This document shows positions 1 to 14,454 of a DNA stretch of 64,000 nucleotides, piece by piece. The position numbers were made by a program, and so were the translations under genes. The stretch covers positions 11,036,001 through 11,100,000 of the forward strand of contig OX597834.1 of the NCBI GenBank assembly GCA_951406725.2. Direction: 5' to 3'. Numbering within the stretch: position 1 is the stretch's first letter; each line of letters begins with the position of its first letter. Below the pieces are notes generated by a model. That model was given only the letters and a program-made list of their open reading frames with translations, made no database searches and was not told the DNA's origin. This stretch comes from Octopus vulgaris. Its lineage: Eukaryota.

Positions 1-1192
1 TCTTGTAAATTTGTGGGGTCGCATGGGGTTGATGTTTGTATGGTTTGGATTTCCTCGACGTTTATTGTAGGTTCTGTGTTGATTTCTATCTACTTGTCTA
101 TTGCTCCATGTGTGTATACATTTAGAATGCCCAGTGCTATGTGTTGGTGGTTGTTCATATTCTGTTCGTTAGAAAATGAGAGGGGAAAAGATCCAGAATT
201 ATGTGGACCAAACAACAGGAAAAGAACCGTGGGGGAAAATCAATTCTGAAGACAAAACCACCAAAATTAAACGAAAAGACACAACACACCAAGATCACAA
301 ACATACTGGACTCCCAGACACCCAAATAAACCCTACCAAACACAAGCAAAACCCCGCTCCTTACACTGCCGAACCACCCAATAAACAGACACAGAAAATA
401 TGAAATACGACCATCGAACCAAAACCCCACAAAGACAAACATACAGACAGCAAGACAAACACGATTCATACAACCAACAATCTATAACACTTGGGCAGAA
501 CAAACAGAGTATGAACAACCATCAACACCGCTCTTCACTCCTATCAACTTTTCCTCTCCTCTCTTGCCCTGACACCTTCCTCTCTTCACCCCTACCTACG
601 TTCTCCTTTCATTGATACCATTCAATCCAGGCCCCACCCTACCTCACATACTCACCAACATTCTCATCCCAAACCTACACCCCGCCCTCACAATCCCACA
701 CAGCAACACCACCGCACCACACACTACAGCATCACTACAACACATCACACCACCCCACACCACAACGCATGCACTAGCACTGACCACTTCTCAGCATCCA
801 TACCATCATCCACACACCCACACATTACAGACACACACACAAGCACACATCCACATGTCAGTCACCAGCCTCTATCAAGACGCATACACTTACACACTCT
901 CACATACACATACGCACGCGCACCTTTGTTTTGGGATTATCAGTACTTTATCATCTCCACTTCTTCCTACCCCTCCTGTCTAACTATTCTTGTCCAACCA
1001 GTCGCCATGATTGCCCGTTAACTCCACACATTTTTTTATTATCTCTCCGTTTATTTCCTCGTTATCTTTTCTGTTGAAGAGCGTGGGCTCGAAACGTAAA
1101 AGACTTTCTCACCTCTACGAGCATTAAACTAATACACCTGTTTGTTGTTTATACACCTGTGTTCGTCTTATTTTCTGTAAATTTCAACTATA
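1..1192 (+). mobile_element. Penelope-like element terminal region (family B) with inverted partial duplication and 3' hammerhead-like motif
   Basis: 143-166 is an inverted copy of 502-528. Motif CTGTTGA-AGAGCGTGGGCTC-GAAACGTA at 1071-1098 is followed by a tail shared with 33625-33825 and 39635-39753. Ends in (TA)n. Confidence 0.55.
1065..1103 (+). ncRNA. Minimal hammerhead ribozyme-like motif, variant core CUGUUGA
   Basis: Stem I tttt/aaag, core CTGTTGA, stem II GAGC/GCTC, GAAA-CG-TA. Confidence 0.5.
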
Positions 1193-1193
1193 C

Positions 1194-1270
<77 letters not shown>

Positions 1271-1278
<8 letters not shown>

Positions 1279-1500
1279 GAAATGAGGTTATCAGAAGATC
1301 GGATGGTTTATATTTACAGATATTTATTTATATTTTACATTTTTTATATATATATCATATCATTTAGATCATTAGCGCTTTCTCCCATTCTAGTGGGGTT
1401 TTCAAATCAAACTCAGTTCCTTTGTGGGGAATTTTAATCATTTTATAGAGTTTCGTAGTGGAGGAGAGGAATATAAGACAGTACTGTTGAAAAAAGGATT
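1271..1500 (-). mobile_element. Degenerate PLE-type terminal repeat
   Basis: Minus strand has a decayed hammerhead (TTGAAAA-CCCCA..TGGGA-GAAA-GCGC-TA, about 1369-1408), then AATAAA, and abuts (TA)n. Confidence 0.35.
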
Positions 1501-1617
1501 TCACTTTGTATTACTACTTGCATCTCGCTCAGAGAACTGAAACTAATTGTTTTCCTCTTTACACACGCAAACACACACAAACACACACATACACACACAC
1601 ACACACACACATACATA

Positions 1618-1803
1618 GGCGCAGGAGTGGCTGTGTGGTAAGTAGCTTGCTTACCAACAGCATGGTTAGGGGCTCAGTCCCACTGCGTGGCACCTTGGAC
1701 AAGTGTCTTCTTCTATAGCCTCGGGCCGACCAAAGACTTGTAACTGGATCTGGTAGACGGAAACTGAAAGAAGCTCCTCGTATATATGTATATGTATATA
1801 TAA

Positions 1804-1835
<32 letters not shown>

Positions 1836-2056
1836 TTGTGTGTCGGTGTTTGTCCCCCCACATCGCTTGACAACCGATGCTGGTGTGTTTACGTCCCCGT
1901 AACTTAGCAGTTCGGCAAAAGAAAGACCGATAGAATAAGTACTAGGCTTACAAAGAATAAATCCTGGGGTCGAGTTGCTCGACTAAAGGCGGTGTTCCAG
2001 CATGGCCGCAAGTCAAATGACTGAAACAAATAAAAGAATAAAAGAATAAAAAAGAA
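1618..2056 (+). mobile_element. tRNA-derived SINE family 1, full length
   Basis: GGCGCAGGAG head, A box TGGCTGTGTGG, degenerate B box, internal (TA)/(TG) tract, AAAAGAAT-type tail. About 14 copies in the window. Resembles abundant octopus tRNA-SINEs (OK/OR-type; family not resolved). Confidence 0.9.
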
Positions 2057-2650
2057 TATATACGCCTACATCATCTCTCTCGACTGACTGAAAACGAGCT
2101 ATCATGAGTAATAGCATATATGTATGAATGGGAAACCTGCAAGTCCTGTAATATTTTATTTTACATTTCAATACCCGAAACCTACTTATAAAAGACTTTG
2201 ACTACCATATTATGTTGGACATTCAAAAATATTTAACAGCCAATTTTTGACTTCTCTGATGAGAACTTACCACACAATGACACAAAAACCTAAAAGCTAC
2301 TAGTCACTTACTCCAAGACTACGTTGTCTCTGCAAATTCAGTATTTTTCAATTTGTTTAGATTAAAATATATAATCGTTAAATGTAGAAAATATTTTCCC
2401 TTTGTGTTCAGAAAGTATTTGTAAACAACATTACACCATTGAAATTAAGAGGTTTGATTTCAATATTTACTACGTGACTCGCATAAAGATGACTACCTAC
2501 AAAAACATAAAGAATTTAAAGAAAGAAATAGAAAGAATTCTGAAAGATGTATATCGCAAGACAAAAGAATTCCATTTCATAAGTCGTTTCTATATATATA
2601 TTATTTAAACCATACATACATACACACATATGTGTGAATATATATATATG

Positions 2651-2748
<98 letters not shown>

Positions 2749-2915
2749 TAAGTAGGTGCGTATATTTATATATATATACGTAGATATGTTCTTACTTGGA
2801 TGTATATATCCACGTCATGGGAAAACACACATATATACGTAAATATATACGTACTTACATACAGACATATATATGTAGGTGTCTGTACACATATACACAT
2901 ATATCCATACATATG

Positions 2916-2959
<44 letters not shown>

Positions 2960-3002
2960 ACGTAAACACATGCACACAAATATGTATATGTACATATAAA
3001 TG

Positions 3003-3052
<50 letters not shown>

Positions 3053-3231
3053 GCAATTACACACATATATATACTTAGATAAATAAATATACGATTGTAT
3101 GTGTGTGTATGCGTATAGCCATATCATATTTCCATTTAAATCTAGTATTTCCATACATTCGTATAATTTCTGGCGTAAGGATATACAGTATGAGATACGT
3201 ACACATATATGCATCTCACTATGTAAACCGT

Positions 3232-3280
<49 letters not shown>

Positions 3281-4269
3281 ACACACACACAAATATATAT
3301 ATATATTTATATATATATATATATATGTATATATATGTGTGTGTATATATATATATAATTATATATGTATATATATATATATATACAGACACACGTACGT
3401 GTGTATATGTGTCTTTATGTGTGTAAGAATGTGATGTATTTGTGTTTGTGTGTGGGTAAGTGTCTGAGCGTGTCTTTGTGCGCATGATGTGTCATTACTG
3501 ATAAAAACGTTGCAAAGAAATGAATTACACAGTCTCAACATCAATGTAGAAATGAAAACGTCGCTACTAGCTTAATATATTTGTGTTTTACTTATTATTT
3601 TATATATTTTATTATTACTATTATAATCAGTGAATCACACACATAAAAAGCAACACCCTCTTCTTCTTCAACATCAACACCAATACCAACGACAGAAACA
3701 ACAACATTAATAATAATAATAATAATAATTACAAGAAGAAGAAGTGAGAAGTTTATATATAATACATAGAAATAATTCCAAACAATTATGTTTACTGTGA
3801 AAACCATTATAAACGGATTCCGTGCAAATACATTTTAGTATTACGTTTTCGCTTTTTTTTCAAATCAATTTTAAACATTGTTCAGACATACATGGGCAAA
3901 TATTGCCTTGCAGATTTTTACATGAAGCAATATACATTAAATCGACCAGTGTCTATTACTGCTGTTGTTGCTGTTGTTGTCGTTGTTGTTGCTGTCTTCT
4001 GTTTTTTTGTCGTTCTTTTTGTTTGCTATTGCTTTTGGTGTCATTGTTTGCCTTTAGATCAATCCACAATGTAAAACATTCCATCTTTGGCCGCCTATAA
4101 GATTTCAGAGGCATGTGTAGGATTATGTCCAGGTAGGGAATGACACCAACTATATGTGTAAATGTGTATATCTATATATGTATATATATGTATGAAAAAG
4201 AATGACATTTACTAAGAGGTTGTTGTGTATTGGTTGCAATAGAGTTAGTTTTGGTGTAGTGTGTGGTGA

Positions 4270-4607
<338 letters not shown>

Positions 4608-5784
4608 TTATTGTATTTGTGTAACATTGTCGGTTTTTTTCCGTCCTTGTTTTTGTATACATTCGCTGCTTTCTTCCAAGGAATCTAATGGTCTAGGGGC
4701 TGGACGGATTGGAGCAATCTCAAGTATAATCAGCCAAAATTGCGAAGATAATCTGGTACTTAACTGAGGAAAGAAAGCTTCGAATATCCCGTCTTTGTTT
4801 TTTTTTGTGTATCGTCTATCTGGATGTTTTGTTGTCCCATTTTTGTATCTGTGTGTGTGTGTGTGTATGAGAGTTCTCACAAACATTAATCAATCCGAAG
4901 TCACTAGTGATCTGGCTAAGCTCCGGATATATGACCCTTTCTCCCATTTTCAGTCATAAGTGCCCTTTGTGGCTATGAATTCCATCTGACTTTATCGCTA
5001 GTAGTACTGGTAATGACTAGTGCCCTAAATCCCTTTAGTACCATCCATATATATATATATCGTAAAATATAATTGCCAACTAAATTTGGCAGTCCTGGAG
5101 AGGACGAGGTTACTGTTGTCTTTAGCCCCAGAAGGACATCTCCTCCAGGAGGCTAACAACACATTGTCTGTGGCCGATTAGTATTTGCGAGGGGATATTA
5201 TCGTTCCCATTTCGAGCCTTACGTGATACACACAGACCAGGGTTTTTGGGTAGTAACCCGTCAACAATTAGTTATAATCACGTACAAGTGATTAAAAGTC
5301 ATTGCACACAAACATAAAGTAGTGTCACTGATCTCGAAAAAGAAGATTCAGTTACGTATGTTTACACCACGACATTGTTCAGTGTATGTTTCCTAATGCG
5401 ATATTCCAGTATCATTTGGAGTAAGTCAGGCTGCGATTTGCAGGAAATGAAGCGAACACGAATGGCTTGGTTGTCCAACGCTGTCGTTATTTAGACTCTG
5501 GTACCGCTGAACAAGGAATCATATAATCATAAGCCCCTCAACCACAAACACCTCATTTAGTTTTACACACTTTTATGTATAACTATATTGTAATTAATGA
5601 TGCAAGAGATAGTTGTAAAGTATGTCTTCCAGATGTTAGTAAGATCTTGCGATCTTTTAGTTGCTGAGACAAATAATTCATTCATTTTACAAAGCCATTG
5701 ACATGTCGCTTATATTAAATTTCTCTTCAGACTGTGTTCTTTAAACAAGTATTAAATACCTCTTGTATATCTGTAGAGTTTATA

Positions 5785-6253
5785 TGAGCAATCTAAGTAG
5801 AGACTTCAAACTTGAAATTTTCAAAGCCACAGTCGAACCAATTCTACTATATGGCTCAGAAACCTGGACGTTATCAAATAAGCTTGAGAGGCGGTTGGAT
5901 GGAACCTTCACTCGCCTCCTTATGAGAGCTCAAAATCTCTCGTGGAAACGCCATCCAACCAAAATGCAAATATATGGGAAACTACCACCTGTGTCATCTC
6001 TTGTGAAAGGTAGGAGAGTCCAGTTTGCTGGACATTTTTGTAGAGCTGAAAAATAAGTAATTTCTACTCTTCTCCTCTGGAAGCCATCTACTCGCAATAC
6101 CAGAGGGCGCACACTCTCCTACCCTGATGTAATCTCCAGGGATACAGGCATCCAGCAACAGGACCTCCGTAATGCCATGATGGATCGTGAAGTCTGACGT
6201 AGCATGGTAAATTCCATTGTCTCGACCACGTTCGAACAATGATGATGATGATG
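5785..6253 (+). pseudogene. RTE-type LINE 3' end (RT C-terminal region) with (GAT)n tail
   Basis: Reads IFKATVEPILLYGSETWTLS...RRVQFAGHFCR, continues through in-frame stops, and ends in the (GAT)n tail at 6238-6253. Confidence 0.85.
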
Positions 6254-8084
6254 TGAGGCTTGTGGTCCTATACTCCAACTACAATTGTTAGTCAACCTTC
6301 AGCAAGTAGCAAATATAATTACAATAGATATTTTGAATATTGTTTTTACTGGTTAGAGTATATAACGTTTATCCTCTCCTGTACTATTGCGCATATTGTA
6401 GATGTATTGGATCATGGATCTTCTTGAGGTATGAATTGGGATTTACGGTGTTCTTGTTTCAATAAGAATTCATCCTGAATCCAATTAAACATAAATCCCA
6501 GTTGCAACTAATCAGAAATTGTTTATTAGCTCTTCTCTACACGAGAGATATAGAATGTTGTGAGGTAATAATAACGCTCCGAAATGTCATTTTCATTTAA
6601 TTTATTCCTGGAAAGTCGCTTTAACTGATATCATTGCACTTGAATCACAAAGCTATTGTGCTGAGAAACACTTACCTAGAATTATATCGTTTATTCCGAT
6701 AAAGCGATCAACTTCAGTATTCGAATTAGTAGTATAAAGTTTAGGTGTATATTGTATGTGGCCGGTTGCCAACTTTCATCTAAATTATTCATTAATGAAG
6801 TTGGAGTGAAAGTTGTAATGATGTTTCGTAGCGTTCACCGGCGATTTAAATAATTAGTCTTTCCGTTACTCTCTTGATCCTTGTTGAGCTACGAAGAAAA
6901 TCGACAAGTAACGCTCAAATGTTTAAAGAAGCTAAATTCTCAGCAAGACGTTGTGACAGTTATCGATGGTCCCGCCATTAGTATATCTAGCGCTATTGTG
7001 GAAAGATAATTAAAAGGTATTGCGACAATCACAAATTTACTGTAATTAAATACGGAGTGAATATTTCCTGTGCAAGTCTGTCTCCACTAATGCGTAAAAT
7101 GAATTAACTGAGGTTGTTAAGAGTAAATATGTTTAAAGGAATCTGTAGTACAAACTTTCTGGTAAAAATTGTTCATTTGGGGAGCAAAAATATAAATAAG
7201 AACGTGTTTTGTGAAACGTCTGATTGGATGAATTGGAAGAGAGAGAGAAAAAGAGAGATTTGTAGACGGATAGGAGTGAAGAGAGGAAGCATGTGTCAGA
7301 TGAAGAGAGGAGAGAAGTGGATGTATAGATGCTCGGAATTAAAATAATCAAGTCCTATTATTTCGGTCGTGTGACTGCGGCCATGCTGGAGCACCATTTG
7401 TGAGATTTGTGAGATTCAGCTAATTCATTGCAACTGTGAAACTCACGATATTGTTCTGTGTGTCTTGAATGAGAGTTGCCCTGTTGCGGATAATCAAGCC
7501 ATACCTTCCGTTTCAGTGTGGAAATTTTCTTAAGCACTACCATGGCAAACACAAATCGAGCTACTGAAGATCAATACGGAATGTCTCAATTTCCTGTGCA
7601 ACTCAGTCTTCAGTGATGTTCCAAATGTATTAACTTTAAATGTTAAGAATGACATGCTTAAAGAAATCTGCTGTTCAGATATTCTGGTAAAGCCTGTCCT
7701 GTTGAGAAGGTCTGGTAAACGATAAAACATGATTTGTCAGACGTCTGGGTACATGAAATGAGAGACAGATAGAGAGAGACATTTGTGAATTTGAAATGTT
7801 AAGCTGCATCTGTGAACAGCATGTAATTATTCTGGGAGTCCCTTGAGAGAGTCAAACTGTTACAGGTAATGAATGCATATGTTTCGTTTCATGATTAACA
7901 ACTACCTTACTCGCATCAGTATCAATGGCTGTTAAAATATACAAGATGTATGCCTCTCATGGTCTGCTATTCACGAAAAGTTGAAAATAAATTAACTGGA
8001 GCCATACCAAAAATATTATAGCGATAATTTTCTGGCAGCTTGTTTGCAAACAGAGCACGTGATATTGTTCATAATAGAATCTCG

Positions 8085-9045
8085 CTTCAATAATATTGAG
8101 ATCTAGGGGCTGTGGTAGCCAGCTAATTTGTTCAACTTCTCTACAATGTTTCTCGTGCCATTCAGTAACAAATTTAGCCTTGTGAATTGGTGCATTATCA
8201 TCCTGAAAATTTGTGTTTCCCTCTGGAAACCGTTCTCTAACCATAAGATGAATTTGATCAGATAAAATGCTTAAATATTATTTATTAATTCTGCCATGTA
8301 TGGAAATCATTGGGTCAGCGGATTTCCAAGATATAGTCCCTCCCCCGATCACCAGATCCTCTTCCATGCTTAACAGTTGGAAGAAGGCAGTCTGGGTCAA
8401 ATGCTTCTTTTGACTGTCTCCACATGTATACTCGGCCAGTAGTATGTATACAAATCTGTAGGTTTTTACTCCACATTAAACGCTTTGCAATGTTTGAAAC
8501 TAGTGGGTTTTTTTAATGGTAGCAGCCCTTCCGTGAAATCCGGCATTGTGCAGCTCCCGGTGAACAGTGTTTGTGGAAACTGAGTTGCTGACGTGGGCAT
8601 TAAGCTATGCAGTAATTTTGGGAGCTGTAGTATTGTGGTCCTCTTTAACAATTCGCGTAAGAGTCCGAGGGTTAGCTTTTCTTTCAGATATTTGTTTCAA
8701 CTAGAATCTTATTCCGTCTTTCTCAAAGGCTGCCATTAATTTCGAGACAGTACTTCTTGATACGCCAACCGTTTCGGTTATTTTCATTAACCTAGCGCCT
8801 CTCAAACGAGCACCAACAAAATGAACTTTTTGAAAGTCCGATATATCTGTCATTTTAATGAATTTTAATTACCTTTTTCTGATGATATCTGAACAGAAAC
8901 AGCAATTTTAGCAGCACAAATTAAGCAGCACTAATAATAAATAAAAAAAAAACATAAAAATAAACAAGCTTTTGACGGTTTTATAGATACTCCAAAATTA
9001 TGATGCTATGATGCAAGGTGTTTCCATTATTTTGTCCAAGCCCTG
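8085..9045 (-). mobile_element. Tc1-family DNA transposon relic (transposase pseudogene)
   Basis: TA|CAGGGCTTGGACAAAATAATGGAAACACC end at 9045. N-terminus MTDISDFQKVHFVGARL..GVSRSTVSK from 8853. DDE motifs FQDDNAPIH and WLPQPLDLNIIE. Stops and frameshifts present. Confidence 0.9.
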
Positions 9046-9064
9046 TATATATATACAAACACAG

Positions 9065-9098
<34 letters not shown>

Positions 9099-9276
9099 AA
9101 GAGAGATAGAGATATATATATATAGATGCTGAATAAACGAAAACAACATACACATTCACGCATACACGCATATATTTGCTTGAGTACGCGCGTCCGTTTA
9201 TGTATACGTATACATTACTGACAATGGTAGTGCATCACTCTTTCTTTCGCTCTCGCTCTCGACCTGTATAATTGGC

Positions 9277-9367
<91 letters not shown>

Positions 9368-9515
9368 AGTGTGTGTGTATGTGTGTGTAAGTATTTAGGA
9401 AAAAGAGACGCAGATGTGCACGTGACGTTGCGTGTTTGCGTGACAATTTCTATGTTTCCCTTTCGAAATATTACTCCTTCTCCATAAATGTATGCACAAG
9501 TAGACATACTCACAA

Positions 9516-9639
<124 letters not shown>

Positions 9640-9681
9640 ATATCTATATATATGTACATATAAATATATATACATATATAT

Positions 9682-9736
<55 letters not shown>

Positions 9737-9770
9737 AGTAGTTATGTATTACTGTAGACTTGCGTGTATT

Positions 9771-9935
<165 letters not shown>

Positions 9936-10484
9936 TTGAATATAAATATATATTTATATATAACGTGAGCGCGTGCCTGTGCGTGCGTGCGTGCGTGAGC
10001 GTGCGTGAGCGTGCGTGAGCGTGCGTGTGCTTCTCAGAAAGTCATTCTGCTCGTCCATTGGATACCATTATGTAGATCTCCAGCGGCGTTATACATATTT
10101 TTCAATCTTATTTCATTAGACCTCTATTTATGTCATGTACTATCTGTACACAACATGTAAACTTATCTCATGTAAGTATATTTACTTCCCCGAGCGATTT
10201 TGATATATCTCTATATCTCACAAGTTCTGTTACGCATAGAATATATATCCTGTGTGATTATGTTTACAATATATGCGTCTTTGTGTCCATGTGTAAGCTA
10301 CGTTCGCATACGAGTGGATATAATTATGCGCTCGCAAATATGAATACGAATATGTCATATGTATATGCGTGTGGGCGCGCGTGTGTTTATAAAATAAGTG
10401 TGTACGTACATTTATACATTTATACGAAGAGGACTACACGCTCTTATCGATAAGCAAACATATATGTATATATTTATATATATT

Positions 10485-10520
<36 letters not shown>

Positions 10521-10553
10521 CATATATATATATATAATATATATTCATCTGCT

Positions 10554-10602
<49 letters not shown>

Positions 10603-10707
10603 AAATACAAATATATATATACGATGTGCGTAAATTATAAGGTGTATGTGTGTATACATATATATATATATATATATATAGATAGATATAGATATAGATA
10701 TATATAC

Positions 10708-10738
<31 letters not shown>

Positions 10739-11179
10739 CATACATATGCATGTATGTATATATGTCTATATAGTGCATGTAAATTATATAAATGTGAATT
10801 AGTACAATATATTAAAGAAACGACTATGTTTAAGGCGAGTGATTTCGCATATCTCCAATCTCCACTGCCTGAATTTTGAATGAAGTTAAACAAAACGCAT
10901 ATATACATATAGATACACAAAGACACGCAGGCACACATACCAACGCACGCGCACACGCACGCATAGACACACATATCTACACACTCCAGCACACACCAAC
11001 ACAAAACAACACACACACACACACACACACACACAGTCGCGCACAGTCTCACACGCACACTGAGCCACACTGACATGTATACATAAATATATTTATGCGT
11101 ATCAGTATGTGTGTGTGTCAACGTGTGTATGTGCGCATATGTGTATATGTGTAAGTGTGGGCGTGTCTGTATGCGTGTA

Positions 11180-11280
11180 GGTGCATCGCTTCGCGGTTAG
11201 ACTCCTGCATTCCTAACCGTAAGCCCGTCTTTCGATTCCAGGATCGAGCTATACGTTTTGTTCTTGAGCAAAACACCTTA
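11180..11280 (+). mobile_element. Degenerate tRNA-like SINE head
   Basis: A-box-like CGCTTCGCGGTTAG, B-box-like TTCGATTCC, then GTTCTTGAGCAAAACAC. Confidence 0.4.
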
Positions 11281-11338
11281 ATAAGGTAGCTAAATTGAAT
11301 AAGAATTTGACCACATTCAGTAACGGCGCATATATATA

Positions 11339-11550
11339 GTCAATCCAAACAAGAAAACACAAAAAACACAACAACGCGAGGACGTGGAACAAATATAGTA
11401 TTATTGGACGCTCAGGAAAGAAAGGAAGAAGGAGGGATTAACGTTTCGAGCGGAGCTCTTCGTCGGAAACATAGGCGAAGGAAAGATCCAGAGAAGGGAA
11501 GACAGAGGAAAAAAATCGCCAACGGTACACACGAGGTCACATTTTTGAAA
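11339..11550 (-). mobile_element. Short hammerhead-bearing PLE-derived element (family A) with 14-bp flanking direct repeat
   Basis: Homologous to 25186, 33008, 57974 and 63695. Reverse complement reads CCGACGA-AGAGCTCCGCTC-GAAACGTT. GGCGCATATATATA occurs at 11325-11338 and 11551-11564. Confidence 0.75.
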
Positions 11551-11551
11551 G

Positions 11552-11596
<45 letters not shown>

Positions 11597-11942
11597 TCAT
11601 ATAACACAGAATCCAGAAAACTGGCTTCATGACACTAGGGTTCATGAAGGAACTGCATTCAAATCTGATATATATACATACATATGATGGATATGTATAC
11701 TATGAACGGAAAGCTATAAATATATTTTTATTTTTAAAACGTTACACGATATAACGTCAAAGGTAGCCTATAGAAAGAGGAATGGTAAAGGAAAGAAAAC
11801 ATCAGAAACCAAATAAATGAGAAATATAGAACGATATGTGAATTAAATAAAACCCTTAAAATCTTGGAAAAAGATATATATCTAGTGGAAGTGAAATGTA
11901 AGAAGAAAATCAATTTTTAAACTGTATATAAAGGTAGATATC

Positions 11943-12305
11943 ACTTATATGTACTAAAGATGTGTTTCTTCCAATGATTACATTGATAAGCACGCACTAT
12001 AACCGTGTTTACCAGGGTTTTTTAAGAAAAAAGAATTAAAAATAGTTTTGATTATAGAGAAGACAAAAGTCCTTGCCTTTATCATAAGGGAACGAAGTCG
12101 AGAGAATCAACTAATCTAAATTAAATTGTTTCTTATGGTATTTTAGATACCAAATTAATTTACTAAGCCCTGTACTGTTACGTTTATTTTTAGCCCTAAA
12201 TTACATTGTTTTACACCATTTTATTCCTTTGGAATAATACCAATGATATCGTTGAAACATGTGTCGGAAGTAAAAGAATATGAATAACATCTGCGTTTAA
12301 CTCCA
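11943..12305 (-). pseudogene. PLE GIY-YIG endonuclease C-terminal relic
   Basis: Reverse complement reads KRNSTGLSKLIWYLK...STSFPYDKGKDFCLL...VNTVIVRAYQCNHWKKH, matching the PLE pattern NSTxLSxxIWxLK..PY..CxLC..N..CxH. Confidence 0.7.
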
Positions 12306-12309
12306 TTTA

Positions 12310-12375
<66 letters not shown>

Positions 12376-13078
12376 TATGTACATATAAATATATATAAAT
12401 ATATATATATATAATTATACATGTACATATATTATACATATATATGTATATATTCATATATCAACGTATATATATATATATTTGTGTGGGGGTGTATAAT
12501 TGCATATACATATCTTTGAAAACAGGCATATGGAAAATTTTGTGTCGAGTAATTGTCTTAGAAATTACTTCCTTCGCTGGACTCACATTTATACAATATC
12601 ACATGATTTCTCTTTCGATATCAAGATTTTAATAAATAAGTAAACCTACGCTATAAGACTGTTTGCATGATATTTTTGCCTGAGGTTTTCTGAGCATGCA
12701 CGCTGACTCTGTAGGCGTATGTAATTTCAGCGTATCAGCAAAACTACGTATGTACCACCATCTCTGATTCGTGCTAAAGCTCAGTGACAATGCAGTTTAT
12801 ATATCTGTTCCTCAAACATGTTCTTGGGGATACCTGCTTATCAAAGGTGGCATTAACGTTGTTCTTAATATTCATAGCACACATGATTATGAACGGAGTA
12901 ATTCTCAAATGAGAATCTAAAATTTTGAAGTATATTAAATATGTACACAGAAAGGCACGCCCGGGTACGGAAGGAATACACCAGACGTCCTCCCACACAC
13001 ATACATACACCTGTACACGCACTCCCACGCGCACATACACATACAGAAACGTCACGAAGTGCTTATGTGTTATACTTA

Positions 13079-13079
13079 C

Positions 13080-13152
<73 letters not shown>

Positions 13153-13180
13153 CATACATACATACATACATACATAGATA
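13079..13180. repeat. (GATA)n/(CATA)n microsatellite at the LINE tail
   Basis: Direct reading. Confidence 0.95.
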
Positions 13181-14018
13181 ATTTTCTTTATTGGCCACAC
13201 AGGGCTGCACACAGATGGGACAAATTACAAAGTAAAGCCTTTCTTTTGGGGGATGAAAAAAGTGGTGTACGTTTTCGATCAAAAGGGATCGTAAAAGGGA
13301 AAAAGGAAAAAAAGAAACAAAAGGAAAAGAAAGAACAGAAAAGAAAAAAGAAAAAAAAGAAGAAAAAGGCGGAAAAAAGGGGAAGAGGAAAAACAAACGA
13401 TCAATAGGGATCGTGTATCACAGTGTCATGATGTACGGTGTAAAGGGGGAAGCAGATAAGGTTTATCCGTGGGAAGAAAAGCCTACGAAAAAGACCACGG
13501 TAACCTCGGTCAATATTTTTATATGTTATCACATTTGTTTGCAAGTGGGTAACTCTCTGTTTTCAATTTCTGGATTCATAGGATTATGCTCAAGGTGGCT
13601 TCGTCATTCATACGTGCCATCCTTGCCACATTCATCCATGACAGCAGTTGTTCGACATAAGCCCAGAGGTAGGAAATTGTTGGACACTGCACGAGTGCGT
13701 GCAGAACGGTTTCGTCGCTCTGACCGCATCTCGGGCAGGTCGGCCCCGTGTTTCTCTAGCCGTGTCTGTAGAGCTTATCCCGAACGATTAGCGCTTCTAG
13801 GTAGCACTGCCAGGCCAGGGATCTCTGGAAGTTGCCCAAGCTGTTCCGTTGATTCGGATCAACCGGAACCCTCGTTGTCGTAACCGACGGAGTGCTTCCA
13901 GTCGCAAGCCCAATGACTTTTCCCTGTTGATTTTCGCTCCTGTCACCGCTTCGTAGTTTTTCAGTGTCTCGCCGACCTGCTCGATGTGCTCGTGGCTAGA
14001 CACTATGACGGTGACTAT
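13181..14018 (-). pseudogene. Internally deleted Tx1/L1-clade LINE (RT piece, zf-RVT, 3' UTR)
   Basis: 13901-14018 reads VTVIVSSHEHIEQVGETLKNYEAVTGAKINREKSLGLRL. 13585-13835 reads NFQRSLAWQC..CPRCGQSDETVLHALVQC (CCHC). AATAAA on the minus strand at 13187-13192. Confidence 0.8.
13840..13900 (+). mobile_element. 61-bp 3' tail of SINE family 3 at the LINE deletion junction
   Basis: Matches the reverse complement of 29580-29640 with 3 mismatches. Confidence 0.8.
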
Positions 14019-14454
14019 GCAAGACTTAAATTCCTATTTTTAATTCGCGAAATAAAAAAAAAAAGATCTTCTTGTTTCTTTCACTGCAGTTGCCTGACTT
14101 ACATAACAGTTGTATATTAACGCCTCTGAGCATATGAACCATTGCAATGCGGCCTTCCCTACATCTATGAAACTGGGACATTCTCTAATTTGCCCCACTT
14201 GGGACGAAAATAGAGTGGATGGTACGCATTTATTTTCGAAGTATTTCCTCAAGTGGAAATGCCTCTAGAATCTAAAATTTTTGTTTAACCTCTATTTTCG
14301 AATGATACATATCTAGTGGTATGTTTATCTGGGTCTAATTCTATTTCAAACTTATTGCCTAGCTTTTCTTTCCCTTCTTTCAGTGATAGGGAAAATCATT
14401 TATTTCCAGTAGTAATTATATTATCCTGGTGTATCTTAGACAACAGGATTATGC

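Noticed and set aside
4760-4795. CTGAGGA..CGAAT hammerhead candidate
   Set aside because: GAAA is broken and stems I and III are unconvincing.
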